Part shown: positions 1 through 8,097 of the stretch, one piece after another
How positions within the stretch are numbered: position 1 is the first letter of the stretch
Layout: the number at the start of each line of letters is the position of its first letter
Assembly: GCA_009919975.1 (NCBI GenBank)
Contig: RGAU01000001.1
Coordinates: 1 to 36,372 of the forward strand
Direction of reading: 5' to 3'
Source: Gammaproteobacteria bacterium
GTDB lineage: Bacteria > Pseudomonadota > Gammaproteobacteria > Pseudomonadales > Azotimanducaceae
DNA length: 36,372 bases
Program-made: the position numbers and the translations under genes
The notes under the pieces: model-generated
What the model saw: only the letters and a program-made list of their open reading frames with translations
Told to the model about the DNA's origin: nothing
The model's database searches: none

Positions 1-120
1 CTGGGCGTCGACCGCCTCGTGCTTCGCTTGCCTCCGGATCAGGCACCGGTGCTCGAAGCGTTTCTGGAGGACATCGCCGAGGCGTACTTCGATGATTTTC
101 TCGACGAGCCAGAAGGCTAG
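1..120 (+). CDS. 3' end of a gene cut by the window edge (…GVDRLVLRLPPDQAPVLEAFLEDIAEAYFDDFLDEPEG*). The C-terminus is reminiscent of luciferase-like (LLM) oxidoreductases but is too short to assign.
   Basis: Frame 1 is open from the window edge to TAG at 118-120. Codons are GC3-rich like the neighbours. It is absent from the ORF track only because it has no start in the window. Confidence 0.35.
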   Translation: MGVDRLVLRLPPDQAPVLEAFLEDIAEAYFDDFLDEPEG

Positions 121-135
121 AACCGAGCAGGACTC

Positions 136-891
136 CTAGGGGTCCAGGCTGTCGAGGACCAGCCGTCCACCGCCTTCCCAGGCCTCGAAGTGTCCCTGAA
201 CGCCCCAGTGGGTGGCGAGGCGCTCCGGAGTAAGCACCGCCGCCGGGGCGCCAAAGGCTTCCCCGTGTCCGCCGATAAGCAATAGGACCTGCTCAGCCCA
301 GGGCAGGGCGAGATTCAGCTCGTGGGCCGCCAGGAGAATGCCGTAGCCCGCGGCGGAACGGCGCGCAAGGGCACTCAGCACTCGCCCCGCGTAGCGCCAG
401 TCAAGATTCGCCAGCGGCTCGTCGAAGAAGCCCCAGCCGACCTCCGGCGCCAAGCGATCGAGCTGGGCCAGCACCCGCGCCATATGCACGAGGCGACGCA
501 GGCCCCCGGACAGGGTGGAATAGGGCTGCTCCGCCCAGTCCTTAATCCCGAGCTCCTCAAGGTGATCCAGGGCATCGCTTGCGCCTACCCCTGCGAGGGC
601 CACCACCTGGGCGGCGCTGAAGGGGTGGGCCAGGGCGTTGCGCTGAGGCAGGTAGGCTCGGCGCTCGGCCCAGGGCGCGGGGGCCCCGGGCCCCCAGTGC
701 AGCGTTCCTGCGCTCGGCGCCACATCTCCGCTTAGCACGTCTAGGAGGCTGCTTTTGCCGGCGCCGTTAGGGCCCGCAAGGAGCAGGCGCTGGCCCCGGG
801 GTAGGGTGACCGAGAGCGCCTTTAGTCGGGCCTGACGGGGCCCGGACAGGCTCAGGCCTTCCACCGTAAGCGCTGCGCCCCTGATCGTCAT
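136..891 (-). CDS. ABC transporter ATP-binding protein, BtuD/FecE type (vitamin B12 / iron-chelate importer class)
   Basis: The real start is MTIRGAALTVEGL… at ATG 891..889; the 539-aa track ORF is an upstream over-extension. Walker A is GPNGAGKSSLL, the signature is LSGGLRRLVHMARV and Walker B is FFDEP. It has a BtuD-like insertion (AQLDRLAPEVGW) and a BtuD-like C-terminus (LTPERLATHWGV…). Its start overlaps the permease stop as ATGA (888-891). Confidence 0.85.
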   Translation of the reverse strand: MTIRGAALTVEGLSLSGPRQARLKALSVTLPRGQRLLLAGPNGAGKSSLLDVLSGDVAPSAGTLHWGPGAPAPWAERRAYLPQRNALAHPFSAAQVVALAGVGASDALDHLEELGIKDWAEQPYSTLSGGLRRLVHMARVLAQLDRLAPEVGWGFFDEPLANLDWRYAGRVLSALARRSAAGYGILLAAHELNLALPWAEQVLLLIGGHGEAFGAPAAVLTPERLATHWGVQGHFEAWEGGGRLVLDSLDP

Positions 892-1892
892 GCGCCGTCC
901 GCGAGGCTGTGGCTCAGCTGGCGTCGCAGCAGCCAGAGAAAGAAGGGGCCGCCGAGGAGCGCGGTGAGCATGCCCACGGGCAGCTCCGCCGGGGCTAGGA
1001 GAAGCCGTGCCAGGAGGTCCGCGAGCAGCAGCAGGGTCGCCCCCGCAAGGGCCGCCTGGGGCAGGCGATGGCGATGGCTCGGGCCGAACCAGCGCACGAG
1101 GCCCTGGGGCACCATGAGACCCAGAAAGCCAATGATGCCAGCCACGGCCACCGCCAGCGCGGTCAGCAGTGTCGCGACGAGAAGGCCCTCGCGCTGTAAG
1201 CGCCCCACCGCAAGGCCGTGATGGGCGGCCTCCCGATCCCCAAGCTGATACTGATCCAGCGCCTGGCCCCAGGACCGGGTGAGCAGGAGCGTGAGGGGCA
1301 GGGTGATCAGCAGGGGCAGGGGGCTGAGCCAGTGGGCGTTCGCGAGGGATCCAAAAAGCCAAAAGGTGATGCTTCTCAGGCCGCCGTCCCCCGCCAGCAT
1401 CATGAGCAGGCCAACGCCAGCGCCACACAGCGTATTGATGGCAACGCCGGCGAGGAGGACGCCGGAAAGGTCCAGCTGCGTGCCCCGCTGCCCCAGGCGA
1501 AGCACCATCGCCACGGCCAGGAGCGCGCCGAGAAAAGCTGCCCCCGCCACGGGTACCACGGCGAAAGCGGAAGCGAGGGTCCCCGCGCCAAGGCTGAGCA
1601 CGGCCGCTGCGCCCAGGGCCGCACCTCCCGATACCCCAAGCAAGGCGGGGTCGGCGAGGGGATTCCGCAGAAGCGCCTGAAGGAGCGCTCCGGCGAGCGC
1701 TAGGGCTGCGCCCACCAGCGCCGCCAGAAGGGCCCGGGGCAGGCGCAGCTCCCAAAGGATGGGCCAGGCTGCCGGGTCCTCGGCCAGGGCCCAGGGCCTC
1801 AGCGGCACCGGCCCGAGCAGGAGCGCGGCGCCAAAGGCGAGGAGGAAGGCGAGGCTTAGGGCCTTGAGGCCCGGCGCCCTAGCGAGCGCCAA
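888..1892 (-). CDS. FecCD/BtuC-family ABC permease (type II importer)
   Basis: 334 aa and polytopic, with typical FecCD motifs (RLPRALLAALVGAALALAGALLQALLRNPLADPALLGVSGGA). The start is TTG at 1892..1890, with GAGGA upstream. It overlaps the fbiC stop (1879-1881) by 14 nt. Confidence 0.85.
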   Translation of the reverse strand: MALARAPGLKALSLAFLLAFGAALLLGPVPLRPWALAEDPAAWPILWELRLPRALLAALVGAALALAGALLQALLRNPLADPALLGVSGGAALGAAAVLSLGAGTLASAFAVVPVAGAAFLGALLAVAMVLRLGQRGTQLDLSGVLLAGVAINTLCGAGVGLLMMLAGDGGLRSITFWLFGSLANAHWLSPLPLLITLPLTLLLTRSWGQALDQYQLGDREAAHHGLAVGRLQREGLLVATLLTALAVAVAGIIGFLGLMVPQGLVRWFGPSHRHRLPQAALAGATLLLLADLLARLLLAPAELPVGMLTALLGGPFFLWLLRRQLSHSLADGA

Positions 1893-4323
1893 GGTCCTCG
1901 GCCTCGGTCACCTTGGAGCGCTCGTAGCGGGTCGCCGGGGTGTTGATTACGGGAATGAGGGGCCCGGCGGCGAGGCCGGTGCGGATCCGTTCTTCCGTCA
2001 CCGGCTCGTAGAGGGTGGAGCGCTGCTCCGCTCGGCGCCCGAGGCCCTCGATGAGCATTCGCATGGCCGCGGGGCCCGTTTCCTGCCCGTGCTGCGCCCC
2101 AGCGGCCCGGGTGATGGTCTCGTTCATGAGGGTTCCGCCGAGGTCGTTGCAGCCGGCCTGAAGCGCCGCGGCGACGCCGTCATGGCCAAGCTTCACCCAG
2201 GAGCACTGGATATTCGGAATGAGGGGGGAGAGCACGAGCCGGGCGACCGCGTGGGCCAGGAGCGTTTCCCGGAAGGTGGGTCCGCGCCGGGCCCGGCCCT
2301 TCAGATAGAGGGGCGCCTCCTCGGCCACGAAGGGCAGCAGGACGAACTCCGTAAAGCCCCCCGTTTCCGCCTGCAGGGCGCGGATCCTTAGGAGGTGGCG
2401 AGCCCAATGCTCGTAGCGATCCACATGCCCGAACATCATGGTGGCGGTGCTTCGTAGGCCTGCCTCGTGGGCGGCCCGCATCACCTGAAGCCATTGGCCG
2501 CTATTGATTTTGTCCGGGCAGAGGACGGCGCGCACCTCGTCGTCGAGGATTTCCGCCGCCGTGCCGGGCAAGGTGGAAAGGCCTTCGGCCTTCAGCATGG
2601 CCAGGTAAGCCTCGAGGGACAAACCAAGCGTTTCCGCCCCCTGCCAAATCTCCAGGGGCGAGAAGGCGTGAATGTGCATGTCCGGCGCAGCGCCGCGGAC
2701 CGTGCGGAGAATGTCCCGATAGGTTTCCCCCGTGTACTCGGGATGGATGCCCCCCTGGAGGCAGACCTCCGTGGCGCCCCGGGCCCAGGCCTCGTCCACC
2801 CGGCGGGCAATTTCTTCCCCGGAGAGATCGTAGGGCCGGCCTCGAAGGTTCTCTGCCAGCTTTCCCTTCGAGAAGGCGCAGAACTGGCACTTGAAATAGC
2901 ACACGTTGGTGTAATTGATGTTCCGGTTAACCACGTAGCGCACCGTATCTCCGGCGTGGGCGCGGCGAAGCCGGTCGGCGCTTTGACACACGGCGGCAAA
3001 GTCATCGCCGCGGGCCTCAAGCAGGGTCACGATGGCGCTTTCGCTAAGCGCCTCCCCAGCTTCCGCCTGGGCGACGAGAGTCTGAATCTCATGCCGAGGC
3101 TTGACGTTGAGGCGCCGCAGGGCCTGAAGATCCCCGACCGGGGGGGGCTCCATGGCACCAGGGGTCCAGGCATCGGTTCGGGCCAGGCCGGCGCCATCGG
3201 CCATGGGCAGCACCCGGGCGGCGACCGCCGGGTCGAGCCAGCGGGGGTGATCCTGCAGGTAGCGGGGATAAACGGTGAGCCGCTCCGTGAGCTGCTTGCC
3301 CGCGGCGGCGGTTTCCTCTGCCAGGCGATCGAGATGGGGCCAGGGGGCTTCGGGGTTGACGAAATCCGGGGTCACGGGAGACACCCCGCCCCAGTCGTTC
3401 AGCCCCGCGTCCACCAGCTGGGGCAGCACCCCGGGGGACAGATTCGGCGGAGCCTGAATGCTCATGGCCGGCCCGAAGATCAGCCGCGCGACGGCGATGG
3501 TCCAGAGGAGCTCTTCGAGGCTCGGCTCTGGCGCGCCCGCCATTTTCGTATCGTCCTTGGCCCGGAAGTTCTGCACGATCACTTCCTGGATGTGCCCATA
3601 GCGGGCGTGGCTCGCCCGAATGGCGAGCAGCGTCTCGATGCGCTCCCGGCGCGTTTCGCCGATGCCAATCAGCAATCCAGTGGTGAAGGGTACGGCAGCC
3701 CGTCCCGCGGCATCGAGGGTGGCAAGGCGCACCGCAGGATCCTTGTCCGGTGATCCGTAGTGGGGCATGCCCTTTTCGCACAGGCGAAGGGAGGTGCTCT
3801 CGAGCATCATGCCCATGGAGGGCCCCGCGGGCTTCAGGGCTCGAAATTCCTCGTCGCTTAAGGTGCCGGGATTGAGATGGGGCAGCAGCCCCGTTTCGGC
3901 CAGGACCCGCTCGGCAACGTGCGCCAGGTAGGCCGTGGTGCTTGGGAAGCCCAGGGTCTCGAGGGCCTCCCGGGCTGCCCGGTAGCGCAGTTCAGGCTTC
4001 TCACCGAGCGTAAAGAGGGCTTCCTTGCAGCCTGCCGCAGCCCCCTGTCGCGCCGCTTCGAGCACGGCGTCGATACTCATATAAGGGGCCTGCTGATGCC
4101 TCGGCGTGGTCGCAAAGGTGCAGTAGTGACATACGTCCCGGCACAGGTGCGTCAGGGGAATGAAGAGCTTTTTCGAGTAGGTCAAAAGGGCGCCAAAGCC
4201 GTCATCGCGCAGGGCGCGCGCCTCGGCCATCATCTCGGAAAGATCGGGCCTTTCGAGCAAGCCGAAGGCGTCTTCCTCCGAAAGGCCGGGGGCCGGAAGG
4301 GGCGTGGGCAGGCGGGCGTTCAT
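1879..4323 (-). CDS. fbiC: Bifunctional FO synthase (7,8-didemethyl-8-hydroxy-5-deazariboflavin synthase, fused CofG/CofH)
   Basis: 814 aa with two radical-SAM cysteine motifs: CRDVCHYC in the N-terminal half and CYFKCQFC in the C-terminal half. The length and two-domain layout are typical of FbiC. Confidence 0.93.
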   Translation of the reverse strand: MNARLPTPLPAPGLSEEDAFGLLERPDLSEMMAEARALRDDGFGALLTYSKKLFIPLTHLCRDVCHYCTFATTPRHQQAPYMSIDAVLEAARQGAAAGCKEALFTLGEKPELRYRAAREALETLGFPSTTAYLAHVAERVLAETGLLPHLNPGTLSDEEFRALKPAGPSMGMMLESTSLRLCEKGMPHYGSPDKDPAVRLATLDAAGRAAVPFTTGLLIGIGETRRERIETLLAIRASHARYGHIQEVIVQNFRAKDDTKMAGAPEPSLEELLWTIAVARLIFGPAMSIQAPPNLSPGVLPQLVDAGLNDWGGVSPVTPDFVNPEAPWPHLDRLAEETAAAGKQLTERLTVYPRYLQDHPRWLDPAVAARVLPMADGAGLARTDAWTPGAMEPPPVGDLQALRRLNVKPRHEIQTLVAQAEAGEALSESAIVTLLEARGDDFAAVCQSADRLRRAHAGDTVRYVVNRNINYTNVCYFKCQFCAFSKGKLAENLRGRPYDLSGEEIARRVDEAWARGATEVCLQGGIHPEYTGETYRDILRTVRGAAPDMHIHAFSPLEIWQGAETLGLSLEAYLAMLKAEGLSTLPGTAAEILDDEVRAVLCPDKINSGQWLQVMRAAHEAGLRSTATMMFGHVDRYEHWARHLLRIRALQAETGGFTEFVLLPFVAEEAPLYLKGRARRGPTFRETLLAHAVARLVLSPLIPNIQCSWVKLGHDGVAAALQAGCNDLGGTLMNETITRAAGAQHGQETGPAAMRMLIEGLGRRAEQRSTLYEPVTEERIRTGLAAGPLIPVINTPATRYERSKVTEAEDLGAR

Positions 4324-4347
4324 GACGGTCTCCCTGGCAGTGGGTCG

Positions 4348-5034
4348 CTATACCGCGGCGCGCGGCGCAGCGGTTGCGTCGCTCGCAGCAAAGCGGGCCC
4401 ACAGGTCGTGTTCGTAGAGAAAGGCGACGGTCCGGGGGGCGCGGCGGCCCTCGGGATCGCGGGCGAGGAGCGCGGTGAGGTCATCGGGATGGTCGAGATC
4501 CAGGGCCAGGCTCGGGCACGTCACGGTGCTGAATCGAAGCCCCTGGCGCTCGGCCTCCTGGCCATGGGCCTGGGCGCTGCCGACCCCAAAGCACGGGGTA
4601 AAGGCGCAAGGGAGGGGGAGACCCAGGCCGTTCGTGCCTTCGCCGTGCTGATCCCGGGCGAGGCGCACGTCCCTTCCCGGGGCGGCGAGAAGCGCGAGGT
4701 CGTCCGTGCTTAGGAGAGGCACATCCGATGGGATGATCACGGCCCGCTCGCAGCCTCGGGCCGCGAGGTCGTATAGGCCTAGGGTGAGCGCGCCGTTTAG
4801 GCCCGCGCCGCCATCATCCAGCACCGCGAAGCCTTGGGCCGTGCCCCAGCGGCGTACGGCGGCGTCCGGACTCAGGACCAGCACCCCGGAGAGTTTCGGG
4901 CAGTCGCCCAGCGCTTTGGCCACATCATCACGCATGGCCTCTGCGAGGCCGGTCCGCTGCTCGCTGGAAAGGCTGGCCGCAAGCCGGCTTTTCGCCGCTT
5001 GAGGCGCCTTCACGGGAAGCAGTGCCCAGGCCAT
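4348..5034 (-). CDS. cofC: CofC/FbiD guanylyltransferase of F420 biosynthesis (2-phospho-L-lactate / PEP guanylyltransferase family)
   Basis: The N-terminus MAWALLPVKAPQAAKSRLA… is the family hallmark. I chose the ATG at 5034..5032 because AAGGAG lies 6 nt upstream; the track ORF starts 18 codons earlier. Confidence 0.8.
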   Translation of the reverse strand: MAWALLPVKAPQAAKSRLAASLSSEQRTGLAEAMRDDVAKALGDCPKLSGVLVLSPDAAVRRWGTAQGFAVLDDGGAGLNGALTLGLYDLAARGCERAVIIPSDVPLLSTDDLALLAAPGRDVRLARDQHGEGTNGLGLPLPCAFTPCFGVGSAQAHGQEAERQGLRFSTVTCPSLALDLDHPDDLTALLARDPEGRRAPRTVAFLYEHDLWARFAASDATAAPRAAV

Positions 5035-5120
5035 GGCGGGCTCCTTGCGTGGTGGTGGAGGTTTGGGGCCCCCCCTCGGAGCCCTCAAAACCGATTCAAG
5101 AGGCGGGCAGCGCGCAGCGC

Positions 5121-6074
5121 CTAGGCGCTGAGGGCGGCACCGAAGCGGAGGGTATGCTCCGCCAGCGCAATCTTGTCTTCCAAACTTAGCATGAGCGTTG
5201 GCGCAACGTCAGGCGTGACCCCCGTTTCCCGCACCGCTTCGGCGTGCGCTTCATCCTGTTGGTCGAGGACGAGGCCATCGATGAACCCGTCGTAGTAGCG
5301 GGCGATGGCCGCGGGCGTTCTCTCCATAGCCAGCTCATCCATCAGCTTAGCCGTGGGCCCCTTAACCGCCGCCCCGCCCACCAGGGGGCAAATGGCTACG
5401 GCGGGCACGCGCCGGGCTGCGAGGGCTGCGCGGAGGCCCGGAATGGCGAGGAGCGGCGCCACGCTAAGAAAGGGATTGGAGGGGCACAAAACGATCAAGC
5501 TGAGGGCGGGGTCGGCGAAGGCCGCGGCGAGCTCCGGGGACAGGCTTGCGTCCTCGGCGCCGGCATAGGCGATAGCCGACACCGCTGGGGCGCAGCGCTC
5601 GCGGACGAAGTATTCCTGGAAGGCGAGCAGGCCTTGCTCCGTGGTGACCTGGGTGCGCACGGGGCTGTCGCTCATGGGAAGGAGGGCTTGGGGCACCCTA
5701 AAGGCCTTGGCCAGGGCGGCGGTGGCTTCCGTGAGCCGGGCGCCCTGATCCAGGAGTTCCCGCCGCCGCAGGTGGAGGGCGAGGTCCCGATCGCCTAGCT
5801 GGAACCAGGCGGCGCCCCCAAGCGCGCGGAGCGTTTCCAGCGTAGTCCAGCTTTCCCCCTCCCGGCCCCAGCCCTGGGCGGCGTTCGCTTCCCCCGCCAG
5901 GGTGTAGAGCAGGGTATCGAGGTCGGGGCTGATGGGCAGGCCTAGGTGCTCGAAGTCGTCCCCCGTATTCACCACGAAGGTGAGGGCCTCCGGGGGTAGG
6001 CAGTGGGCGAGGCCAAGGCCAAGCTTGGCGCCCCCAACGCCGCCGGTGAGGGCAAGGACCTTGCCTGGACTCAT
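5121..6074 (-). CDS. cofD: 2-phospho-L-lactate transferase (LPPG:FO transferase)
   Basis: 317 aa. The N-terminus VLALTGGVGGAKLGLGL…VVNTGDDFEHLGLPISPDLDT is characteristic of CofD/FbiA. Its start overlaps the cofE stop as ATGA (6071-6074). Confidence 0.9.
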   Translation of the reverse strand: MSPGKVLALTGGVGGAKLGLGLAHCLPPEALTFVVNTGDDFEHLGLPISPDLDTLLYTLAGEANAAQGWGREGESWTTLETLRALGGAAWFQLGDRDLALHLRRRELLDQGARLTEATAALAKAFRVPQALLPMSDSPVRTQVTTEQGLLAFQEYFVRERCAPAVSAIAYAGAEDASLSPELAAAFADPALSLIVLCPSNPFLSVAPLLAIPGLRAALAARRVPAVAICPLVGGAAVKGPTAKLMDELAMERTPAAIARYYDGFIDGLVLDQQDEAHAEAVRETGVTPDVAPTLMLSLEDKIALAEHTLRFGAALSA

Positions 6075-6841
6075 CGGAACAGGTCCTCGGCGGCAGGGCG
6101 AATGAGGTCGGCAGCGGTGCCGTCCCCGAGCACCCCGGGAAAGCCCCGGAGGAGCACCACCGGCGTGCCCTCAGCCGCTTGCCCCATGATGAGAGACGCG
6201 GCCGCCGCTAGCTCGTCGGCGAGGCCTACGACGCTCACCTCGAGGCGGCGCCCGTAGCGATCTTCCTGGCCCCGGAGGTCCTTAAGGGCCTCGAGCCCGG
6301 AGGCCCCGAGGGCAATGCCGCAGGTGCCCACGCGCCAGGCCCGGCCAAAGCTGTCGTTGATGAGGACCCCCAGTCGCACCCCGTGGGCCGCCTCAAGGGC
6401 GCCCCGAAGCTCGGCGGCGGAGCGGTCCGGGTCCTCCGGGAGGAGCAGGGCGCTGGCGCCCCCGGCGCCGACCTCGATATTGGACTGGTCGATGCCGGCG
6501 TTGGCGTGTACCCAGCCCCGAAGGTGCTCCACCACGATTACCCCAGGCTGGCCGGCACGCTTACGCACTACGCTCCGGGATTCCTGGAGGATCAGCGTGA
6601 CCAGCCGGGGATCCTTACCCGTCTCCTCGGCCAGGGCCTCGGCCTCCGCCGTGGGGGTGACGCTGTTCAGGGCGACCTGTCGTCCTTCCGCTTTGCTCAC
6701 GATTTTTTGCGCGACGGCAATGACGTCTCCGTCCTGCAGGGTGAGCCCTGCGGCCGCGAGTCCGTGGCCGATGAGCTGGGGGAGGTTATCCCCCGGCTTA
6801 ATGTCCGGAAGGCCCGGGAGGGGCAGCAGGGTCGCGCTCAT
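6071..6841 (-). CDS. cofE: F420-0:gamma-glutamyl ligase, stand-alone (no FbiB nitroreductase domain)
   Basis: 256 aa with IKPGDNLPQLI…DGDVIAVAQKIVSKAEGR… and …NDSFGRAWRVGTCGIALGASG, both typical of CofE. It sits in the F420 operon. Confidence 0.88.
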   Translation of the reverse strand: MSATLLPLPGLPDIKPGDNLPQLIGHGLAAAGLTLQDGDVIAVAQKIVSKAEGRQVALNSVTPTAEAEALAEETGKDPRLVTLILQESRSVVRKRAGQPGVIVVEHLRGWVHANAGIDQSNIEVGAGGASALLLPEDPDRSAAELRGALEAAHGVRLGVLINDSFGRAWRVGTCGIALGASGLEALKDLRGQEDRYGRRLEVSVVGLADELAAAASLIMGQAAEGTPVVLLRGFPGVLGDGTAADLIRPAAEDLFR

Positions 6842-6844
6842 GGA

Positions 6845-7507
6845 TCAGTGGACTTCCTGGCCGACGATCTTAATTCCAGCGTGAGAAATCTCGCCTTGTC
6901 TATTGATTTGAATAAGAATTGAGGTCAGCGCTTCCGCCGCTGCGGAGTTGGCGATGGGGCCCGCGTGCCAGCCACGCATGCCTGCCTCGGCGGCCAGTTC
7001 GATGACCTTTTGGCGCGCATCCTTCTTATTCCCGGAGACCAGCACATCGCATTCGATTACTCGCTCGGGATCCTGCAGCAGGTCCGCGGCGATGTTTTGG
7101 AAGGCCGAGACCACGAAGACCTCCTCGCCGAGGAGGGCCTGGGCTGCCGCAGCAGCGCTTCCGCCCTCGGGAAGCTGCACCGTTCCCACCTTCGGGGGCT
7201 GGAGCGGAACGGTCACGTCGATGACGATTTTTCCGGTGAGGGAACCCTTCACCCCTTCGAGGGTGGCCAGCTGGTGTGCGTAGGGCACGGTCAGCACCAC
7301 AATGTCCCCGGCGGCCGCGGCGCCGGCGTTGTCCATGGCTTCCGCTGCGGTTTCCGGGCTCTGGGCCCTTAGCGCCGTGACCGCTTCCTCGGCCTTCTCG
7401 AGGGTGCGGGACCCGATGATGATCCGATGCCCAGCCCGGGCCCAACGGATGGCCAAGCCCGAGCCCAGGGCGCCGGTGCCGCCGAGAATCGCGATGGTGT
7501 GTGCCAT
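6845..7507 (-). CDS. fno: NADPH-dependent F420 reductase (Fno/NpdG)
   Basis: 220 aa with the Rossmann N-terminus IAILGGTGALGSGLAIRWARAGHRIIIGSR. The C-terminus AEALTSILIQINRQ…GIKIV aligns by eye with archaeal Fno. GGAG lies upstream of the ATG. It is the first gene of the operon. Confidence 0.85.
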   Translation of the reverse strand: MAHTIAILGGTGALGSGLAIRWARAGHRIIIGSRTLEKAEEAVTALRAQSPETAAEAMDNAGAAAAGDIVVLTVPYAHQLATLEGVKGSLTGKIVIDVTVPLQPPKVGTVQLPEGGSAAAAAQALLGEEVFVVSAFQNIAADLLQDPERVIECDVLVSGNKKDARQKVIELAAEAGMRGWHAGPIANSAAAEALTSILIQINRQGEISHAGIKIVGQEVH

Positions 7508-7554
7508 GGTCCTACTCCAATCGTTGTGAGGATGGGGGATAAAACGCGGGCGCC

Positions 7555-7582
7555 ATTATCGGGGCTCTTTGATCTAGGTCTA
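7555..7582 (-). promoter_or_regulatory. Candidate sigma70 promoter for the fno-cofE-cofD-cofC-fbiC operon
   Basis: On the minus strand, TAGACC (7582..7577), a 16-nt spacer, then GATAAT (7560..7555), about 45 nt upstream of the fno ATG. Motif match only. Confidence 0.25.
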
Positions 7583-7694
7583 TTGAACCGCCGAGCCGAT
7601 GCTGATCGAATCCGTGCCCCAAAGTACGGTTTTAGCGAAACTGCCCCTAACTGGTGGCGTGGGGCGCTTGGCCCCAGGATTAGCGAGGAATCTC

Positions 7695-8000
7695 ATGGCT
7701 GCAAAAGGCAAGCCGCTGAAGAAGGCTGCTCCCGCCCCCAAGAAAGAGGCGCCGGTGACCTTGGAAAGCTTTATCGCCGAAGAGCTGTCAAAGGCTCGGC
7801 AGCGGGCCCAGCTCTCCCAGCGAGAGGTAGCTGCCCGGGCCGGGCTGACCCAGGCGGCCATCAGCCGCCTCGAATCCGGGGACCGGCTCCCGCGCTTGGA
7901 AACGTTGTTGGCCCTGGCGGAAGCGACGGATCACGTGCTTGAGCTGCGGCTGAAGCGCCCCCGGCAAGGTAGCGCTGGAGGCGCCCTTCGCCGCGGTTGA
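7695..8000 (+). CDS. XRE-family helix-turn-helix transcriptional regulator with a Lys/Ala/Pro-rich N-terminal tail
   Basis: The HTH is LSQREVAARAGLTQAAISRLESGDRLP. I prefer the ATG at 7695 (AGGA 6-9 nt upstream). The track ORF allows an alternative start at 7599. Confidence 0.75.
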   Translation: MAAKGKPLKKAAPAPKKEAPVTLESFIAEELSKARQRAQLSQREVAARAGLTQAAISRLESGDRLPRLETLLALAEATDHVLELRLKRPRQGSAGGALRRG

Positions 8001-8026
8001 CGCCTGCGGCCTGAGGCTGAGGAAAA

Positions 8027-8050
8027 CCGGCGCTCTGCGCCGGTTTTTTT
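8027..8050 (+). terminator. Rho-independent terminator after the XRE gene, near-bidirectional
   Basis: Stem ccggcgc (8027-8033) pairs with gcgccgg (8037-8043) across a 3-nt loop, followed by T7 (8044-8050) and preceded by AAAA. Confidence 0.7.
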
Positions 8051-8073
8051 GGCCTCGGCAAAATGCGAAGGCG

Positions 8074-8097
8074 AAAAAAAACCCGCCGAAGCGGGTT
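8074..8097 (-). terminator. Rho-independent terminator for minus-strand transcription coming from the symporter side
   Basis: The minus strand reads aacccgc-ttcg-gcgggtt followed by T8 (forward A-run 8074-8081). Confidence 0.65.

Noticed and set aside
892-1755. N-terminal 288 residues of the 539-aa track ORF 136-1755 (-).
   Set aside because: This part overlaps the FecCD permease in another frame and is low-complexity. The ATPase homology begins at MTIRGAAL (ATG 891), which is ATGA-coupled to the permease stop.
2467-3753. Long ORFs antisense to or overlapping real genes. Examples: 2467-3753 (+) opposite fbiC, 1218-1703 (+), 3089-3781 (-), 31211-31936 (-) and 31940-32647 (-) opposite glnS, 33454-34200 (-), 25282-25992 (-), and many others in the track.
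   Set aside because: They are Arg/Gly/Pro/Ala-rich low-complexity translations, typical of alternative frames in GC-rich DNA. Each lies entirely within a gene that has clear family motifs on the other strand or frame.
7600-7620. T-loop-like strings (TCGAATCC at about 7606; GGTTCAATCG at about 29386) that could hint at tRNA genes.
   Set aside because: The flanks do not form T-stems, acceptor stems or anticodon arms. The second string lies inside the tesB coding sequence.
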